Assembly (NCBI GenBank): GCA_009103225.1
Contig: RHPI01000193.1
Span: forward strand, 363,531-427,530
DNA: 64,000 nucleotides
Direction of reading: 5' to 3'
DNA from: Chlorokybus atmophyticus
Lineage: Eukaryota; Plantae; Mesostigma and Chlorokybus algae
Shown one piece after another: positions 1 through 14,506 of this stretch (within the stretch, counting starts at the first letter, position 1; each line of letters begins with the position of its first letter). The notes under the pieces were generated by a model, which saw nothing but the letters and a program-made list of their open reading frames with translations, was not told the origin of the DNA and made no database searches. The position numbers were made by a program, and so were the translations under genes.

Positions 1-247
1 ATCGCCGTCATCGCCGAACATGTCCATCGCGCCCACCGCCGCCGCCGCCAAGTTCACTCCTTACCTACTTCTTCGCATTATTTTCACACAATGTCTTGCT
101 TTTCCGTGATGCCCGCCTGCGAGCTTCCCTGGCGTTTCTCAGCGCGCGCCACAGCAATTTTTCAGTGTCATATTTTCCAGAACAATATCCCACACATTTC
201 TCTGCGCATTTTGGTCGTCGTCCTTGTCGTCACCGGCCGCCGCCACC

Positions 248-3000
248 ATGTCGTCAGTAGTAGCTGTGACTGCGCTTGGAGCCAGATGGACTCCACAACG
301 CTCGCTGAAGGTAGCATGCCTCGGCAGCATTGGACATGGCAGCATGCATGCTGGCTGCTTTTCCGCACTGTTTTGGTAACAATTCTCACTTGTGTTTTGT
401 TATGCTTTAGCCACAGCGACAAAGAGGACGGCGACAAGGACAAGGACAAGAAGGAAAAGGAGGAGGAGGACGGCGTGATCATACGGAAGCGAGGCTCACG
501 GGGTTTCCGACAGACTATGGCGATGTCATATGGCAGGTGGGTCACAAAGTATCACAATGCACAATACACACATTGCAGAGGTACTTGTGATGACACATAA
601 ACATACACATACACACGCACACACGCATGCATGTATGTCTCTTTGTTGTTGTCGCGTGTAGGCTCAGAGGGCGACCAACGCCGCGCTCAACGACGGCGTA
701 AAGCTGCTGGTAAAGTGTGTGATCTTTAACGCACTATTGTGTCCTTCTATTGAGTCAAAAGCAACAACAAGAATGACTATGATAACAGGAGATAGAGTTT
801 CCAACGGCGGGCGTTCGTTCCACAGCAGGTGAGAAGGTATTGCATGCACTGCGTCCATGTCGATGTCGTACACACATTACGCGCATGGTAAGCAGCTCGC
901 AACGCGGGCACATGTGCATGTGGGCGTGTGCACATGTACCCAATGTGGTAACACGCATAGGTTGGCTTACCAACTCACCCACACTCACGCACGCCGCCCC
1001 CCCACAACAGACGTACACACGACACACATTACACACGCAAACAGGTGATGGCGAGGGCGGGAGTGAGATGACGGCGAGCATGCGCGCCGCGAGGGACCTA
1101 TGCGAGGGGGGTTTCGGGGGGGACTATGGTGCTGAATCCGTGCGCGTGGTGAGTGAGTGAGTAAGTAAGTAAGTGAGTGGGGGTGAGTGGGGGTGAGTGG
1201 GTGGGTGGGAGAGAGTGAGGGAGTGTGAGTAAGTGAGTAGGTGTGGGTCAGAGAGAGTGAGTGAGTGAGTGAGTGGGTGAGTAAGTGGATCCCTGAGAAA
1301 TGCACTCAGTCAAGCAAGTAACGAGTCGTTACTTAGTCTGCAAGCATGCACTGCACGTGTATGCGGACACACATGCACGCACACACACACTCACGCACTG
1401 ACAAACGCGCCCACACGCCCACCCCCCTCTCCACACACACATGTGCTAAACCAACCTTACTGGCCACCCACCCACACAGTTCTTCCCCGACGCCAACGAG
1501 CTCTCCGAAGCCAAGCGCTCCCTCTTCCGCTCTTCCCCCTGCCGACTCTCCCACCTGACGTCGCCGTCGGGGCTGAGCGAGATACCCGGGTTCAGCGACA
1601 GGGTGGATTTCGGGAAGAAGGATGATGATAATAGAGGGGAGTGGGAGGAGGATAAGGTGTTCTTTGTGGCGTATCCGCATTTCAATGTGAATGAGATGAT
1701 CGCGGGTGAGTGGGGGATGTGGAGACAGATACACACATGCGCACGCTTGCGCGTTACTGTACTCCTCACCCTTGTGCATGCGTGCGAGCGCGCATGCATG
1801 TGTGCGCGCACGCATGTGCAGCCGCACTAGTACACACAGCGCGTGCATGCGTATGCATGAGTCATCACTGTCACTTTGTCAACACACCCACACTCACATC
1901 TCCCACCCTCTTCAGTCCAGGAGTTGTACGAATCCATAGCTCTTCCCGGCAACCAATCCCTGATCGTTCTCAACGGTGAGTTGGACCGCGTACGTTCCGG
2001 CTACTACCCCCGCTTCTTCTACCCGAAGCTCGGCCGCATGCGGGACGACTTCCTGCCCAAGTTCGAGACGGTGTACTACGTGCACAACTTCAAGGGACGA
2101 GAGGGAGGGGCGCTGTTTAGAGTGTATCCGGAGGCGTGGCAGGTGCGTGGGGTGGCATGGGTGGATGTGTACACGTGTGTGCATGTGTGTGTGCTTTCAT
2201 GTCTGTCTCATGTGCGGGCTTCGAAAAGGCACGCGCGGGCTCATATACATAAGCACATGCACACACATATAAGCGCACACATCTGCATGTGTACGCATGG
2301 GCGTACACATGCACACACGTGTGCGGGTGTGTGCACGCCCACATGTGTCCNNNNNNNNNNNNNNNNNNNNNNNNNNNNNNNNNNNNNNNNNNNNNNNNNN
2401 NNNNNNNNNNNNNNNNNNNNNNNNNNNNNNNNNNNNNNNNNNNNNNNNNNNNNNNNNNNNNNNNNNNNNNNNNNNNNNNNNNNNNNNNNNNNNNNNNNNN
2501 NNNNNNNNNNNNNNNNNNNNNNNNNNNNNNNNNNNNNNNNNNNNNNNNNNNNNNNNNNNNNNNNNNNNNNNNNNNNNNNNNNNNNNNNNNNNNNNNNNNN
2601 NNNNNNNNNNNNNNNNNNNNNNNNNNNNNNNNNNNNNNNNNNNNNNNNNNNNNNNNNNNNNNNNNNNNNNNNNNNNNNNNNNNNNCCCTCCACGTTCGTG
2701 CACACGCGCTTGCACAATTACAAATGCACGCACCGGCACAAGCAGCCACATGCGCACAACACACACGCTTTTATGCACACATAACATACGCGCATTATGT
2801 GTGGCTGACTATGTTCAGCTGTATACCAACCTTCACACATTGTTGCATTGCGGTAAACACTGCACTGAACGTCAAAATTGTGGCAGGTATACAAGACTGA
2901 GTATGGGACGAACAGGTTGCAACTGGTACACACGCAGGAGGAGATGCCTTCCCTCAAGGAGGTTGCGCTGGACATACTGCCAGCCGTAGGTAGGAGGTAA
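248..3000 (+). CDS. LPA3: Low PSII accumulation 3 / DUF1995-family chloroplast protein, 8 exons (about 248-310, 411-536, 662-709, 789-828, 1045-1148, 1480-1705, 1916-2142, 2887-3000)
   Basis: Exons joined by hand at GT-AG sites give FPTDY..Q/AQRATNAAL..GVKLL/EIEFPT, FFPDANE, VAYPHFNVNEM, NGELDRVRSGYYPRFFYPKL, ETVYYVHNFKG..GGALFRVYP..WQV and PSLKEVALDIL, matching plant LPA3. The N-terminus looks like a transit peptide. Stop is TAA at 2998-3000. Confidence 0.93.
2351..2685. other. Assembly gap (N run); other gaps at 7821-7930, 30750-30866, 61894-61956 and 63138-63147
   Basis: Direct. Confidence 0.99.
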
Positions 3001-3214
3001 AAGCACAGCATGCTGTAGTACTTGTGTACAACACTTGTTGTATCTCAACACCAAGATGATATACACATATATACCAGTACAGAGTCAAGAGTTTCTTGAA
3101 AGATTAGCAGCACATGTGTGATGGTACCACATAGGTGTTGTGTGGGTACGAGCAAGCACAGTGCGCATGCCATGTGCATTCCTGTCTTAGATGTGGCCAC
3201 ATCACTTGGTTTGA

Positions 3215-3553
3215 CTACTTGGGATGAAGCTTTGTGGACATTACCATCCGGCAGCGATTGCAATAACACACTAATGCCCTTGAGATTAGTGTACACACGC
3301 ATACCCACATGCACAAGCAAGCGCCACCACCACATTGATTGAATGAGCAATCGGGCCCTCGGTTGTAGGCATAGACACTGATTGCAGACATTCATTGCCG
3401 GTTGTGCAAATGAACATGCCCGCGGCATATATAGAGGAGAGCAATGCAACACTGAAGTAGGTGGCGACCATATGTGAAGATGACTGTCAACCAGCAACCA
3501 ACCACATTGCAACCAAGCAAGGTACTCGCAAGGGCTGGACCGGGGGCCCGTAA
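3215..3553 (+). repeat. Dispersed ~340 bp repeat, copy 1 (inverted homolog at 18595-18918)
   Basis: Co-linear blocks (ttgggatgaa..., cccacatgcacaagcaagcgcc, ttgcagacatt, gaagtaggtggc.acca, gcaagggctggaccggg) are shared with the reverse complement of 18595-18918. Confidence 0.85.
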
Positions 3554-5361
3554 CACGCCTCAATCATCTACTATCGGTGGAGTATGGCTGCATGAGACGA
3601 GCTACATGCCCCATGATCACAGATCTTTCCATGAGTCAAAAGTTACGGAATGTGCAGACCTTACGCTTGTGATGGTGATGTGCAAGCCAATGGATAACTT
3701 GAACCACGGCCAGGGCCCACGGGCTCTGTACACAACACACCTTATCATATATCATTATTATGCGTTGTGTATGTATGCAATGATGCAAGCATACAAATAA
3801 CTTACCAAGCCTTTACGCTACACGTCGTAGAGGCTTGGTTATTGTACAGGAGATGTAGCAATACAGCACATTGTGCTGCTAATTGTTTGCATTTGCAAAT
3901 GTTTTAATGCACGAGTACATGCATCATTTGTATGATAATGACCCAAATGTTACGGCAATGTCAATCACCGCGGCGTACTACTAGTTGTTGGCCTTTTATA
4001 CTTAGCGTGCATATACGCATCATATACATTGATGTCAATCACAATATAAAAACAATGTAATATGATCTTTATACAACACGCATGTTCACTGTGTTTTATC
4101 ATTCCAACAAGGGCGTTTGCTTGTCATAAGAATAAAAATATCAGCCCGTATGCCATGTCATTTTGGGACATGTGTACAGTATATGCTGATACCTATAACA
4201 CGACTTTCGCTGTTAGCAAAAGCGCTGGATAGTGTCACGCCGCGCGTTATAATAAACCGTAAAACCGCGACGCCTCCTCTTATGGTAGCGACTGTTGATA
4301 TCATGGCCGAGATTGCAAATAAGGCGCCGTATTATACATGACATCATGTCACATGCAAATGAAACATACATTATGATGATTAAGAACCAAGCATGCAATA
4401 ATTTTACCCACAGCTTTTTCAACTTTGTACGCTTGCTCATTTAAACAATGAGCCACCCTTCGGCAGACAGAGCATATGTATCGAAAATGTCAGCAATGCG
4501 TGCAGCATGCGTCCACCATTTTGCAAGAGTCTCACGCATGTCACACCACAAGCTATAGCCATGGCACAAATCTTTGCCTTAATGCGACCATGTGTGTGCT
4601 CTCATTGTGTGCTTGCAATCTCATATTTTTGCTTTACAATTATTTGATTAAGTGATGTTTCTCTCTTATGTGATGCTATTCGGGATCACTTGCTATTCAT
4701 AGAAAATTGTTATAGTATAACTCTATTGCCAAATGAGTCTTTACACAAGAGAGCTACTTGTTGACGGTTTCAAAAAAGGTTGGACATTATATGTTGCATC
4801 CTGCAGGGTATTATGTAGATCTTGAGTTGAATGCTATTGCATCTTTCGTTAGCTTTTGGGGAGCTTCCTTTGTTGTGCGGAAGTTCATGCAATCCCGACA
4901 CAAGCATGCCATATAGAAATACCGCTTCGACGCCTTGCCGCAAGCAGTCATCAGTTACCGCCGGCAATGCCGCAATCAGAGCTTCAATTAGGCTTCCCCG
5001 CTACTGCCTGCTGTATGAAGCGCAACAACCCGTCGCGCAGATCTTAGCATAGATTGTAACACCGGATTCTGCTGCCACTTTTGCGTGCAAGTTGTTCACA
5101 AGTGCTGTGGATCAGCTTGCCGGCTGCGGCGGCGGCAGTGGCGGCCAGGGAGAAGGTCACGGAGTAGGTGAAGGAAAAGAAGCACGACGAGTAGATAGGG
5201 AAGGCTGTCGTGAAAAGAAAGAGGTGGAGGTGGAGGTGAAACTTGGGACAATATCAGCACAGCAGGAGGGTCACTGGCAGTGCTGCACTGCTGTCTGTCT
5301 TAACTGTAGCTTGCTGAGCTGCAGCTGGTGCTTGTTGTTGTTAGTCGTGGTGTTGTCAGCC

Positions 5362-8300
5362 ATGGGGCTGGGGGGCGGGCTGTTGTGGTGGACTCTCGGC
5401 CTGGTGCCATGGCTGGGCATCGGCCTTGCAATCGGGGCCTCATTCCCTCTGTTATACAACGGGTTCCTCCGCCGCCGCACCGACGCCCGCAAGCAAGCGG
5501 TGAGCTGCTTTGCAAACCTATGTCTGGCCACCAGCTGTCTGTTTTGAAGTTAGGGTTTCTTGTTGCGTCGTTTGCATAACTAATCGCAAGTAACAATGCT
5601 TGCGCACATGACAGATGGTGGATGCGCATTCCCTTTCAGCTATCGATGCCGCAGGGCTGCGCAAGCTGCTGGGCTCACATGCACCGTCTTGGGCAATTAT
5701 GCAGACTGCTGGAGGCGTGCAAAAGGTGCGTGCACGCGCGAGCGTGTGTGTGCATGCACACGTGCGTCATTGCATATGTGCTTGTGCATGTGCGTGCATG
5801 TGTTAATTATCGAGAGTCGGCATACAGCACAAAGCCGTTTGCAATCACAGTTGAGCCCAGCCAAGCTTCGTGTTCAATATTGCACGGACATGCCAGGATC
5901 TGTTGGCATCAATCAGTGTTGTTGGCCATCAGTTCGGGGAACATTAGCAGCGTTGGAGCTTGCGCTGTTTAAGAGATCAACCAGATTAACCAGATTAACA
6001 GGTTCCTAGTTGGGTGGAACGTTTCATGAATGTTAGGCGCGACATATACTTGCAAACCCACTTCCGCGGTCAAGCAAGCCAGCTAATGTTGTCGCACATA
6101 CTGACACTACTCCACATTGAGTACTGCGCTGATTGAGAACACGTGTCCTGATTAGAATGACCTCGTCGTTCATTACATAGCAGTAGCAAAATTATGGGTC
6201 AATCCTGCATTAGCTGCTTAGAGATTGATGAACGGGACTTGACTGCCTTCAAATTCATGTTTTGGGCGTTACTTTGTGTCAATCATCGTGTGCGCAACAA
6301 CAGTCGCACATACAGCTGACATCTATTACCATTCACAAGTGCATTGTATGTGGTTTGACATGTGTTTCCTCGTCACCGGTCTCTGCTGGCGTGCTCTTGA
6401 TGCCACCTGCAGCAAGCACTGTCACATCCTATGCATATATATTGTACTTTCTGGCAGGTCAAATGGTTGAACAATATGGTGGCGGAAATGTGGACCAACC
6501 TTGACAAGGTATGCATGCGTTGACATGTCATTCCACTGACTTGCGCTGCACACCTTGACTTTGTCATGATAGTGATAGTTATCGTAACCTGCATTCTTAT
6601 CAACAGGCAGTCTCCAAGATTGTCGTGGATTCAGTGACTCCAATCTTGCAAGCAAGCAAGCCGGCATTCATTGAGTCCCTCACATTTGAGAACTTCAGCC
6701 TCGGCAAAGTGCCCCCAACAGTGGAAGGTGATATGATGTAAACTCTGTTGCTGCGAATAATGCATGGCAGATGTGCAATTTGAGTGTCTGGCCTAGAGTG
6801 TGGTACCTGTACATCAGTCCCGTGCAAACGGTTATCTGTGTGTGATGCAGGTGTGGAAGTCGTTGAAACCCCTGATGAGGAAGCAGTCATCATTGAGATG
6901 GAAGTGAAGTGGGATGGAGACCCGCAGATCGTGCTTCATGTGCGCACAAGTTTCATGTCCCTCAATGCCAAGGTACATACATACATTGCTCCCATAGCGC
7001 TGAATATCATGTTAGTTTTTTGGACTCATAACTGCGCCGTCCTTGTTTAGCTTGTTGTGTAATAACTAAATGTGCCATCCCTTCAGGTCACAGATTGGAT
7101 CATGAGGATGAAGTTGAGGTTTATGTTGAGGCCGCTGATGAACGAGCTGCCGGTGGTGGGCTGCGTGGTGATGACATTGACTGAGAAGCCAGAGATGGAT
7201 TTCACAATAGACGCTTTGGGAGGCAGCCTTCAAGCAATCCCCGGCCTGGATGCAACCATTGACAGTATTATCCGTGATAACGTTGGCAGCCAGCTCGTTT
7301 GGCCCCGCCGAATTGTCATTCCATTGGATGGCAAAGACCACAGGTGGGTATTGTGGAAGCTGGCAAGCGTGTGTCCATGCAAGTGGTTACAACAATTTCG
7401 CTCATCGTTGCTCATGGTTGGTTGTGCGCAGCGAGCTCAACATGCACCCTGTTGGCATGTTGCAAATCAAACTGATAGATGGCCACAACTTTGTCAACCT
7501 GGACATCATCGGCAAGTCAAACCCAAAGGTCTACTTCAGTGTGAATCCAACCATCCATGTAAGTGTGCTTACATCACATGTAGTCCTGTCGCTGGGTGTG
7601 CTGCGTGTTCTTGAGCTGAGTGCCAATCACTCTGCAGGTCAAGTCCAAGGCCTATAATGCGGGTCTGCTCAAGCGCGGCGCTCTCAATCCTGTGTGGAAT
7701 GAGGAGTTTTTTTTGCCTGTTGAAGATTACAAGACGCAAACGCTGCTATTGCGAGTAAGTCTGGCAACCGTTGGTACTACTGTCCAGGCAGTCATGCGTG
7801 TTGATGTTGTAATCCCCCCCNNNNNNNNNNNNNNNNNNNNNNNNNNNNNNNNNNNNNNNNNNNNNNNNNNNNNNNNNNNNNNNNNNNNNNNNNNNNNNNN
7901 NNNNNNNNNNNNNNNNNNNNNNNNNNNNNNCCCCCCCCCCCCCCCCGCCGCCGTGCAGGTTATGGATGATGACAAGTTCAAGGAGGATGAGTTGATGGGC
8001 GTCACGAATGTGAAGCTGACAGATCTGACACCTGGCCAGGTGCACATTGGACTTGGTTAAAGGGCATGCATCATTACCATCATTAACACCAAAACATGTA
8101 CACTCCACGTTGTCATCCACATCAATGTGCTTACTCGTTATATGGACTTGATGTGTATAGTAATACTGATGAAGTACTGGCAAGCGGGAAGGGGGGGGGG
8201 GGGGGGGAAGGGTTAGAGTTGATCACCAGTGCATTCAGCTCGTTGCTTCGCTCTTCTGTCATGGCAATCACCCGATGTGGCCTCTGCACCTTTCCAGGAG

Positions 8301-8887
8301 AAAGAATTTGAGCAGGACATATTCAAGAAGCCCGGCACGTCAGAGCCTCCACGAGGGCGGATCCACTTTAAGGTGACCTACAAGCAGCTCAACCCGCAGG
8401 AGGTGAAGGAGACAATGAAGAAGTACGAAACATTCTATGGCAACCCGGACGCGCCAGGGCCGAGCGCGGGAACAACCCAAGTCAAGATGGATCCTGCGGG
8501 CAAAGCCGCGACAGCGCAGTCAACATCGCCAGCCGCGGGCAAAGCCGCCGCAGCGCAGTCGCCGACGCCAGCCAAGTTTCCCTCTGTTGATGAGTCAGTT
8601 CGCAAGTCCACCCCGGCACCTGCACTTAGCCCCTTGGTCAGCCCTTCACAGGTGTGCATATGTGGATTGTCGTCGTGCAGTTTATCAGTCAACTTACTCA
8701 GACTATAGGGGAAAACCATGAGAATGTCAAATGGACTGCATCTGAACTCATACACGCATTCAATCTGGCAATTGTTCATCTGTTGTTCAATCTTACAATT
8801 GTGTGTGTGCAGGACCCTCTGTTGAACATCATTGAACCGTCCAAGTTGACAGCTATAGGCACGCCACCGCGCGTGACCGACTTGTGA
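5362..8887 (+). CDS. SYT: Plant-type synaptotagmin / extended synaptotagmin (N-terminal TM, SMP domain, C2 domain, Pro/Ala-rich tail), about 10 exons
   Basis: Hydrophobic N-terminus, then VKWLNNMVAEMW..LDK, FIESLTFENFSLGKVPP, EMEVKWDGDPQIVL, LPVVGCVVMTLTEKPEMDF, IPGL..TIDSII...V...LVWPRRIVIP (SMP). C2 domain: GMLQIKLIDGHN..LDIIGKSNP, LNPVWNEEF, VMDDDKFKEDELMG. Splice phases are consistent. Stop is TGA at 8885-8887. Confidence 0.92.
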
Positions 8888-11800
8888 GAACTGCGCACGC
8901 TGGCTAGTCTAGTTGCAGGAAAGCTACAGGTTGTGTTGCGACAGTCCAGTGTTGGTACAGTTGATAGGACTGTCTTCAGGTACTCGTTGTACATATCCCC
9001 ATGGCCACGGTGCATTGCTTGTTGCTTTCTCTTGTTTGTTGAGGTCGTTGTTGTGCACAGTTTCACCTGGTGTCCTCCATTGCAAGGTTGTTACGATGAC
9101 CATGCGCTGTGCTACTGCAGTGGGTTGTAAGCAGCAAGTCGGCGTTGATCGAGTTGCTGGACATGTTCTCTGCCCAACAGTTGTGCTTGTGGGTGATGGC
9201 ATGGAGTTGTGAGTAGCTATGTATTTGCACGCGCGAGTGTACAAAAGGGGTACGCTGCTGTGCCAGCATGTATGTGCAACAACACTTGTGTGACTCAAGC
9301 TAGATAGTATAGCACATCACATCACCGCATACAACAAAGCAAGCAAGCAGTGGCAGGGTTTGCTCCTCAACAGAACGCACAGGAACGGTTAGTTGTTGGT
9401 GGTAGCAAGCAAGTAAGCTAAGCAACAACAACCATGGCGTGGTGCTGGGGCCCAACAGCATTACGCCCGGTCAAGAAGCGGCGGAGCAAGATAAGCGCCC
9501 CACCTGAGACAGTAGCGCCACAGTCAGAAACTTGCCTAAGTGGGCAAGTTAAATCGTGACCTCCAGAGTTTACAGTCTGAATGTTTGGGTTGCACGCGTG
9601 TGAAATGTGGTGTGTGACCCAAGCAGTCATTTGCTAGCATTGGCGTGTGAGTTAGTCAAAACAGATAGTAGCCAGGAGCATACCGTAGTGCCGAGATCTA
9701 TCATTTTATTATATACAAAAGGAACGGTGACAAAAGTTTTTACCCCATTCTCAGCGAGCAACACTATGTTATGCATTGAATACATGACAAACCCCAACCC
9801 AATATTAATGCAGTCTGGGGCAATCGACGAATTTTAAACTATATATCCAATAATAAATTCAAAAAAGCAAGTGACGGATAGTCCCCGGCACCACGGTAGG
9901 TAGTGAATTGGGCAGCCTGTCTCTAGGCTGTTTCTAGCCTGTCTCCAGGCTGTTTAATTATACAAACTATCTGCACTGCGATGGCTGCGGCAGCCACCAA
10001 AGTGCATAGGGCACAGCTAGTACAACAACATACATCTGAGGCACGTGTTGCCCATAAACAGTATGTCCGCATCTGGAGAGTCTAATGGCTATGAGTTGAG
10101 CATTTCTAGTGCAGTGGTGGAGATCAAGCATTGAATAATGCAAGTGGATATATAATACACTTGCACATGAAGTTTGCATCTGAGTGGCGTTGTGGGCCAG
10201 CAGTGCTGAGCCCCGTAACAAACAACAAAATATAGCTTCACGTACCTTACACTATGGCAACAGAATTACTAATATGTAGCACAATTGTCTGAACACTTAG
10301 GATTAAGATGAGTACACGATAGGCGCAACACAGCCTCAACTCTTGATGACAGTCACTACGCATTGCAAAAATTACTGAGGATACATCTCCTGTCCTTTCC
10401 TACACATGTACAGGTGGGTATCCTTTATCCTTCAAGTCACAACACTATACCACTTGCGCTGCACCTAGCGGGGTATGGTTGCATTCATCTAATAAGCTGC
10501 ATAGTCAATCGGTGTAACCAAAACTCACTGCATTCAACTCTAACCGCCGGCCATGTGTGCGTGAGTCAATCAGTATCGCGTGCCCTTCTCGTATCAGAAT
10601 GTAGTTGTTGATACAATGTAAAGCATGCGGTTGTTGAGGGGTTGTGTGAATGGAGTGCGCAGTGTACAAAAGATGCAAGAGGCAATTCGTATATGCCCCT
10701 GTTGGCTACGTCTCCTGCGTGTCGTTGCGTGGCAGGTGCGATGTTCTTGACACTGCTTCGCAAATCACACGAGTGTTGCTGAGGGCCAGTACACTACTAT
10801 GCTCTGCTTGCTTGCTGCCTAACACCGACTTGTCACTTGTTTGCTCCACCTCCTTCATCCAACCCCCGTTCTACCTCGCCACCCGTCCACTACCATTGTT
10901 TGCCGTGTGCATGTATTGAAAGCTAAAGACTGGTAGCCACATGCATCGTGTTGCATGAGGATGCATGAACACATGCTTGCGCACACCACACAGCAACGAC
11001 ATACGGCAACGACACAGGCGACGTCATCTCTTGCTGACGTCACATTTGCATGTTTTAAGTGAGCTAGCTCAAATTGGCTCGGCGGCAGCGTCGGCAGCCC
11101 GCAATAGCAAGCAAGCGGGGAGTGGGCGGCGGCGGAGTTGTACAGGAGGGCGGGGGAGGTCTTGAAGTCTGCTGCTGTTGTCATCGCGAATGAAGAAGGC
11201 TGGTCGCTAACCATCGCCGCGGTGCAGGTGAATGATGTCTAGACACCATGCATGTTGGACTTTTGGGGCAAGGGCTTAGCGTGGTAAGTAGAGTAGATAG
11301 CCCGGTGGTGAATTGCTGGTGTAGAGTGTAAGCATGGTATGTGCCCACTGCTGCATGTTGTATTGCTGTGTTGTTGCTGTTTCACACTTTGCATGTGACC
11401 AATCCAGCATACAATCTTTTGGACAATCGCCATTATGTGGGATGCCAGCGTCGGGTTAACAGCTACTGCTAACTACTCTACTACCCACCCCATTAGTCAT
11501 GCGTTAGTCAGAGTACCTGCATGGCATGAGGTGCGTATGACAGATACAACATGCAGTGTATGTGTATGCTGTGTGTGCTTAGACTTGCTTTGCATGTACA
11601 CTATTGTCTTTGCGTTTGCAAACCTATGTACCTGTGTACCTTTGCACCTAGTGCCTTGGTTGCAAGCAAGCGAATGCATACAAGCACAATTCGAAGATCA
11701 CACCAAGTGCTACAAAACTGCCCGGGTATGTTTGCAATCAAAAATCAGCACTTGCTGCAGGCAATCTAGTACACAGTTAGCGCTACCTGCAGTAGTTGTG

Positions 11801-11899
11801 CAACCAACTGCTTACCAACTCTCGACACAGCAGCGACCTGCCTGGAAAGTACTAGCCAAGCTGCTGCGCTGGCCGCTGCGTGCTCGTGTCCAACTGCAA

Positions 11900-14506
11900 T
11901 CACCTCACTACATACTTCAAGGACACCTCACGTATCTTTTCAAGCAACTTAGCAACCTCTTCCTGTGCAAGATAACAGATGTTGGTGTTCACTAAAAGTC
12001 AAGTATTAGCAAAGAATATGAGCATTGCAGTCATGCACTGCCTTCAGTATGCACCCCATATGCTGAACCGCGATGGATATGTGTCAGCTAAATGCCACAG
12101 CGCAGAAGTTTGCATGCTGATAAGACAGCAATGTACGCTTGCATACCTGACCAGCTGTGCGAGCGGACGCAGTATTTTGTTCAAGAAGCGTAATGAATGC
12201 AGAGTCGATCTGATTCTCCTCTGCCAACTTGAGGAGTTGAGCCTTCTTGTCCGCAGCTGTCAACACCTAAACATGCAAGTAGTTTTGCTGCATTCCTCTT
12301 CAAAAGTGTGGGTGGCAATACACAAGGCCAAGACAAGGCGATGCGTGTGCATGAATCACTTCAACATAACACCAACCTGCCGCAAGCGACTTTGCGCAGA
12401 AACCATCTTGGACGTCATTTCATCCAGTGAAGCTGCAAGACAACGCATGAGTAACACATGACAGCTGCGCAAGTCAGCATGAAGAACGGCGCATGCAAAA
12501 GTGAGCGCGCTCCTTGTGCATGCTGTGCAACAGCAGGGTGCCTCAACTGAGACATGCAGTGTTGCCCGCAAGACAGCCCAAACACTCACCAACTCCCTCT
12601 TTGAGAATGTCTTTCAACTTTTCCATGACTTGCACTTTTTCTTGATCCTGAACAGGTAACCACCACATAAGTACATAACGCCTGTACGGACAACTCCTTG
12701 CGTCTGCTCGTGACTCAATGCATGAAGTTGACAGTGACGTTGCTGTTACCTTCACACTGTTACTGAACCGCGCTGTGCCAATATCTCTGTCGAGCTGAGA
12801 GAAGAACGCCTCATCCATTCTGCACAGGCAGACTAAGCTGATATCAGCCCATGATGCTGCTGATGCCTCATAAATCCATGCATTTAACACGCAAGCATGC
12901 ACGCATGCGGGCGCACACACATGCACTGAGTAAGAAGCTGGCTGGCTACCTAGGCCTGTAGCGAGCGGTCTCATATTCAAAATCCTCTTCGTTGGTTTCC
13001 AAGAAGTATTGTATCAAATCTGAAGGAGTCTCAGGGACACTCCGCGCCTATCAACACAAAGCATGTGAATGCAACATCAATCATCATGACAAACAACCCC
13101 ACTCAAGCGTGATATACCGCACTCGCAAATTGTAAAGCAGTACAGTGCACAACGGTGTGCATGCGCATTATTAAGCAGCCTAAGCATGACCAAGATCTTG
13201 AATACAAGCATGCAGCGTGTGTGGCAGTTTCGTTGTTGCTCAAGCTTCTACTAGTAAGCTCATGTTTGTCCACTGCAAACGCAAGCAAGTGCGTGTTGAC
13301 TTTATGATGAAAAAAGTCAAACGGGTATATGTTACTATCTGGCTTGTTTTGCATGCATGTTAACCATGCATCAACGAGCATGGCTGGGCTTACAGCTCTT
13401 CTTTCTCGCTTTATCCTCTCGCTCTCTTCCAACCGCCTATCCGCCTCCTTGCGTGCCTCCTCCGCAAGCTGCTTGTCTGCCGACATCTGCCGCCGCGCTA
13501 AGTGGTTGCCACTGGGCGCCGCCAAAATGCCTTCAGGATCCTACATGCGCAAGAATGCAACTGGCGTAAGAGCGTGCCTGTTGCTAGCCAAACCTACGCA
13601 TGCGGTAAGCATGGAGATCTGCCAAGCACTGTGCCCGCATGACCCATTCTCTATGCACACGTGTGTGCTGTCTTCACAGACGAAATATACCACAGCATAC
13701 CATTCACAGACAAAAACAGACCTGAACCGTCATGATTGCAACTGATGTGCTATGGTACACAGGATTTGATTAAATGTGGTCAACATGTCCAGTGTGTTTT
13801 CACTGCCAACAACACAATGTTTTGTTGGGTAAGGACCCGTCAGTAATCATGGAGTGCACCGGTACATAATTCTTACAGCATTAGCGTCGTCGCATGTGTT
13901 GTGCAATTATGCACAACGTGAAGTACATGCAACGTTCTGCTCTTGCTGTGTCATACAAACAACACACGCTGCAGACGAAACTCGAAAGGTTTGAGCTGCT
14001 GCCAGCAAGAATACGCATACCCGTGCAGAACATGCTGCCGTTGCCTGTCCAGCTTGCAGGACTGCTTGCATAGTGCAGCTGATCTAACATGAACTGCACT
14101 GCACTGCACTGCACTGCACTGCACTGCACTGCACTGCACTGCACTGCACTGCACTGCACTGCACTGCACTGCACTGCACTGCACCGAACTGCATTGCACA
14201 GCACTGGACTGCACTGGACTGAAAACGTTGTTGAGATACACAAACAAATCCCTGCGAGTGACAGGCTTAAATAACAGTTCCAAGTAAGCCGGCGCTCACC
14301 CATCCAATGTTTCTGACAATCAGCGCTCCTCTGTCGCATCCGCCGCCTCCGCGGCCTGGAGGAGCCCACCTCCCAGCCCCATTCCGCTGCTTTGCACCCT
14401 CCTGCAGCCGGCGCCCGGCAAAGGAAGAGCTCGGAACTGACGCCGACACAAAAACGGACAGCCTGGACGACGCCACGCTCCCCGCAAACGATCCCGCCGC
14501 CGCCAT
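11900..14506 (-). CDS. Conserved green-lineage, probably plastid-targeted helical protein of unknown function
   Basis: Ser/Ala/Arg-rich transit-like exon (MAAAGSFAGSVASS...RNIGW) splices to DPEGILAAPSGNHLARR, then LIQYFLETNEEDFEYETAR, FFSQLDRDIG..RF, DKKAQLLKLAEENQIDSAFITLLEQN and EEVAKLLEKIREVSLKY* (TGA 11900-11902). It resembles an uncharacterised plant chloroplast protein family; exact identity not recognised. Confidence 0.8.
14092..14220. repeat. (GCACT)n pentanucleotide microsatellite in intron 1 of the minus-strand gene
   Basis: Direct tandem array gcactgcactgcact... that degenerates at its right end. Confidence 0.95.

Noticed and set aside
1-27. Start of a divergent gene (minus strand MDMFGDDGD...) running off the window
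   Set aside because: Plausible but only nine codons are visible, too little to call.
1876-2989. Long ORFs spanning 2351-2685, and similar ORFs across other N runs
   Set aside because: They are open only because Ns contain no stops; flanks are (CA)/(TG)-rich intron sequence.
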